64,000 nt of DNA, taken from assembly GCA_965649225.1 (NCBI GenBank), contig CBFGJX010000002.1:64001-128000 (forward strand). Direction: 5' to 3'. The stretch is from a candidate division WOR-3 bacterium. Lineage in GTDB: Bacteria; Hydrothermota; Tepidihabitantia; Tepidihabitantales; Tepidihabitantaceae. Under the pieces are notes generated by a model. It had not been told where the DNA came from and made no database searches. It saw only the letters and a list, made by a program, of their open reading frames with translations. Both the position numbers and the translations under genes were made by a program. Numbering within the stretch: position 1 is the first letter of the stretch; each line of letters begins with the position of its first letter. This document shows positions 62,647 to 64,000 of this stretch, piece after piece.

Positions 62647-62720
62647 CGCGCCCGGCGCGACTCGAACGCGCAACCTACGGATTCGTAGTCCGGCACTCTA
62701 TCCAATTGAGCTACGGGCGC
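62647..62720 (-). tRNA. tRNA-Arg(ACG)
   Basis: Acceptor GCGCCCG/CGGGCGC; anticodon loop CTACGAA. Confidence 0.96.
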
Positions 62721-62735
62721 GTGCCCGAACAGGGA

Positions 62736-62764
62736 ATTCTATGATCTCCGCGTCCGAGAGTCAA
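62736..62764 (-). promoter_or_regulatory. Promoter of tRNA-Arg(ACG)-tadA-tRNA-Ser
   Basis: TTGACT-17-TAGAAT. Confidence 0.7.
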
Positions 62765-62783
62765 GCCGGCGTCGCTGGCCCGC

Positions 62784-63302
62784 CTAACGCACGGTCTCGC
62801 CTAGGATTCGCTGTGTCTCGCCCCCACCCTCGACGAACTTGAGCCATGAACGACCGTAAGCATCCAAAATGTTCTTGAAGACGAACTCATAGAACGCCTC
62901 GGGAACGGCCAAGGCAGGGGTTCGTTGCACAACGAAACGATCGGGCCATCCCTCCAGCCCCACTTCAAATCCGTCGGCCGACGGCCTGACCAGCAGTCGC
63001 GCTATGACCATTTCGGGTCCTGTCTCGTACTGCTGGGCATCCCCGGTGTCACTAACCACAAGCCCGATATTGAAATGCCACCCTTCGGACGAATGCCAAG
63101 TCACGTCCTTCGCCGTCCGTATCTTGATCGAGCTGCCCTCGCGGCTTCTAGGCATGAAGTAAAGGTGATACGCCGGGGTTTCAAGATATTTGCGGAGACC
63201 CTCAGCAACCAGTGTGGCAACCTCGCAACAGGCATCACGTTCCGTGAAAAACCTCAATTTGGCATCGGTGAGCGCGCGGCATATTTCGTCGAATCTAGTC
63301 AT
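62784..63302 (-). CDS. Hypothetical protein (172 aa)
   Basis: GGAGG SD and its own promoter; no motif recognised. Confidence 0.75.
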   Translation of the reverse strand: MTRFDEICRALTDAKLRFFTERDACCEVATLVAEGLRKYLETPAYHLYFMPRSREGSSIKIRTAKDVTWHSSEGWHFNIGLVVSDTGDAQQYETGPEMVIARLLVRPSADGFEVGLEGWPDRFVVQRTPALAVPEAFYEFVFKNILDAYGRSWLKFVEGGGETQRILGETVR

Positions 63303-63337
63303 GGACGACCTCCGATTGCGGCCTTAATCACTCGTTT

Positions 63338-63365
63338 AATCTACACCAGTCGTGGAGCAAGTCAA
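63338..63365 (-). promoter_or_regulatory. Promoter of the 172-aa gene
   Basis: TTGACT-16-TAGATT. Confidence 0.6.
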
Positions 63366-63393
63366 TTGGACTACGTACTCTAACTTCAATTGT

Positions 63394-63421
63394 TTGACTG
63401 CCTGTCGCCCGCCAATATCAT
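63394..63421 (+). promoter_or_regulatory. Leaderless-type promoter of trmI
   Basis: TTGACT-16-TATCAT, then 7 nt to ATG. Confidence 0.65.
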
Positions 63422-63428
63422 TCAACCG

Positions 63429-64000
63429 ATGGTATCAGCAGGTGACCACGTCCTGCTCTTTCACTCCGAGAAAATGCACTACCTGCTGCGCGTAGAGAAT
63501 TCCGGGACGTTTTCTACTCACCGGGGCCAGATTGACCACCGCCAGCTTCTCGGTCGCCAATTCGGTGACGAAGTCAAGACTCATCTCGGCTTCAGCTTCT
63601 ATCTGCTCAAGCCATCCGTCGCCGATCTGGCCCTGCGCGTGAAGCGACTCACGACCGTTGCCTACCCAAAGGATGTCGGTCCAATGCTCTTGGAAACCGG
63701 AATCGGACCGGGCTCGCGCGTTATAGAATGCGGCACCGGCTCCGGGGCATTGACCCTCATTCTTGCACACCTGGTAAGGCCCGGCGGCCGGGTGTACACA
63801 TACGAACGCCGACCCGAGTTCTCGGCGAATGCCCGAAACAACATCATTCGACACGGACTGCACGACGTCTGCGAGTTCTACGTCCGCGACCCGGGCCAGG
63901 AGGGATTCGTCGAACGCGACGTCGAAGCCGTGATTCTGGACGTTCCCGAACCATGGACCCTGGTTACACCTGCGCGACAGGCGCTACACGGCGGCTCGCC
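63429..64000 (+). CDS. trmI: tRNA (adenine58-N1)-methyltransferase TrmI (runs off the window; not in the ORF track)
   Basis: Manual translation MVSAGDHVLL...STHRG...YPKD...VIECGTGSGALT...VYTYERR...ILDVPEPW. Confidence 0.92.
   Translation, partial: MVSAGDHVLLFHSEKMHYLLRVENSGTFSTHRGQIDHRQLLGRQFGDEVKTHLGFSFYLLKPSVADLALRVKRLTTVAYPKDVGPMLLETGIGPGSRVIECGTGSGALTLILAHLVRPGGRVYTYERRPEFSANARNNIIRHGLHDVCEFYVRDPGQEGFVERDVEAVILDVPEPWTLVTPARQALHGGS

Noticed and set aside
62646..62705. ORF-track N-terminus of tadA (MDRVPDYES...), and ORFs at 15145-15459 and 61866-62194
   Set aside because: These are translations of tRNA genes
1..64000. CRISPR array, IS element, retron/RT, toxin-antitoxin or restriction/defence cluster
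   Set aside because: No regularly spaced DNA direct repeats or relevant protein motifs seen; the repeats present are degenerate protein-level repeats

Overview
A GC-rich, gene-dense stretch of core chromosome from a diderm bacterium. It carries lptE/F/G, lipoproteins and several large exported proteins with T9SS-like C-terminal domains; the style resembles candidate phylum WOR-3 or FCB-adjacent lineages, but this is inference only. Contents: a polysaccharide operon headed by an HDAC-family gene, nnr, tdh, 8 tRNA genes (none encoding CCA), the rpsP-khpA-trmD-rplS-rnhB-yraN-comM operon without rimM, a glnA-ptb-ridA-TPR-hycI operon, lptE-rlmD-amidohydrolase-polX, a stand-alone PurH cyclohydrolase domain, plsY-gpsA, purM, xerD, nadB, tadA, trmI and five large modular secreted proteins. 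I saw no CRISPR array, transposase, prophage or recognisable defence system. The main non-routine signals are: (1) about 9 genes whose sigma70-like promoter sits 5-8 nt before a GTG/TTG/ATG start with no room for a Shine-Dalgarno, suggesting widespread leaderless mRNAs, with mostly 16-bp promoter spacers; (2) tadA placed between its substrate tRNA-Arg(ACG) and tRNA-Ser, with its likely start codon abutting the tRNA 3' end; (3) a probable ACG/ATT start on an M6 protease; (4) a subtilase split by an Asp-box propeller; (5) a monocistronic 9-Cys orphan protein. All calls come from motif recognition by eye; no database search was run.
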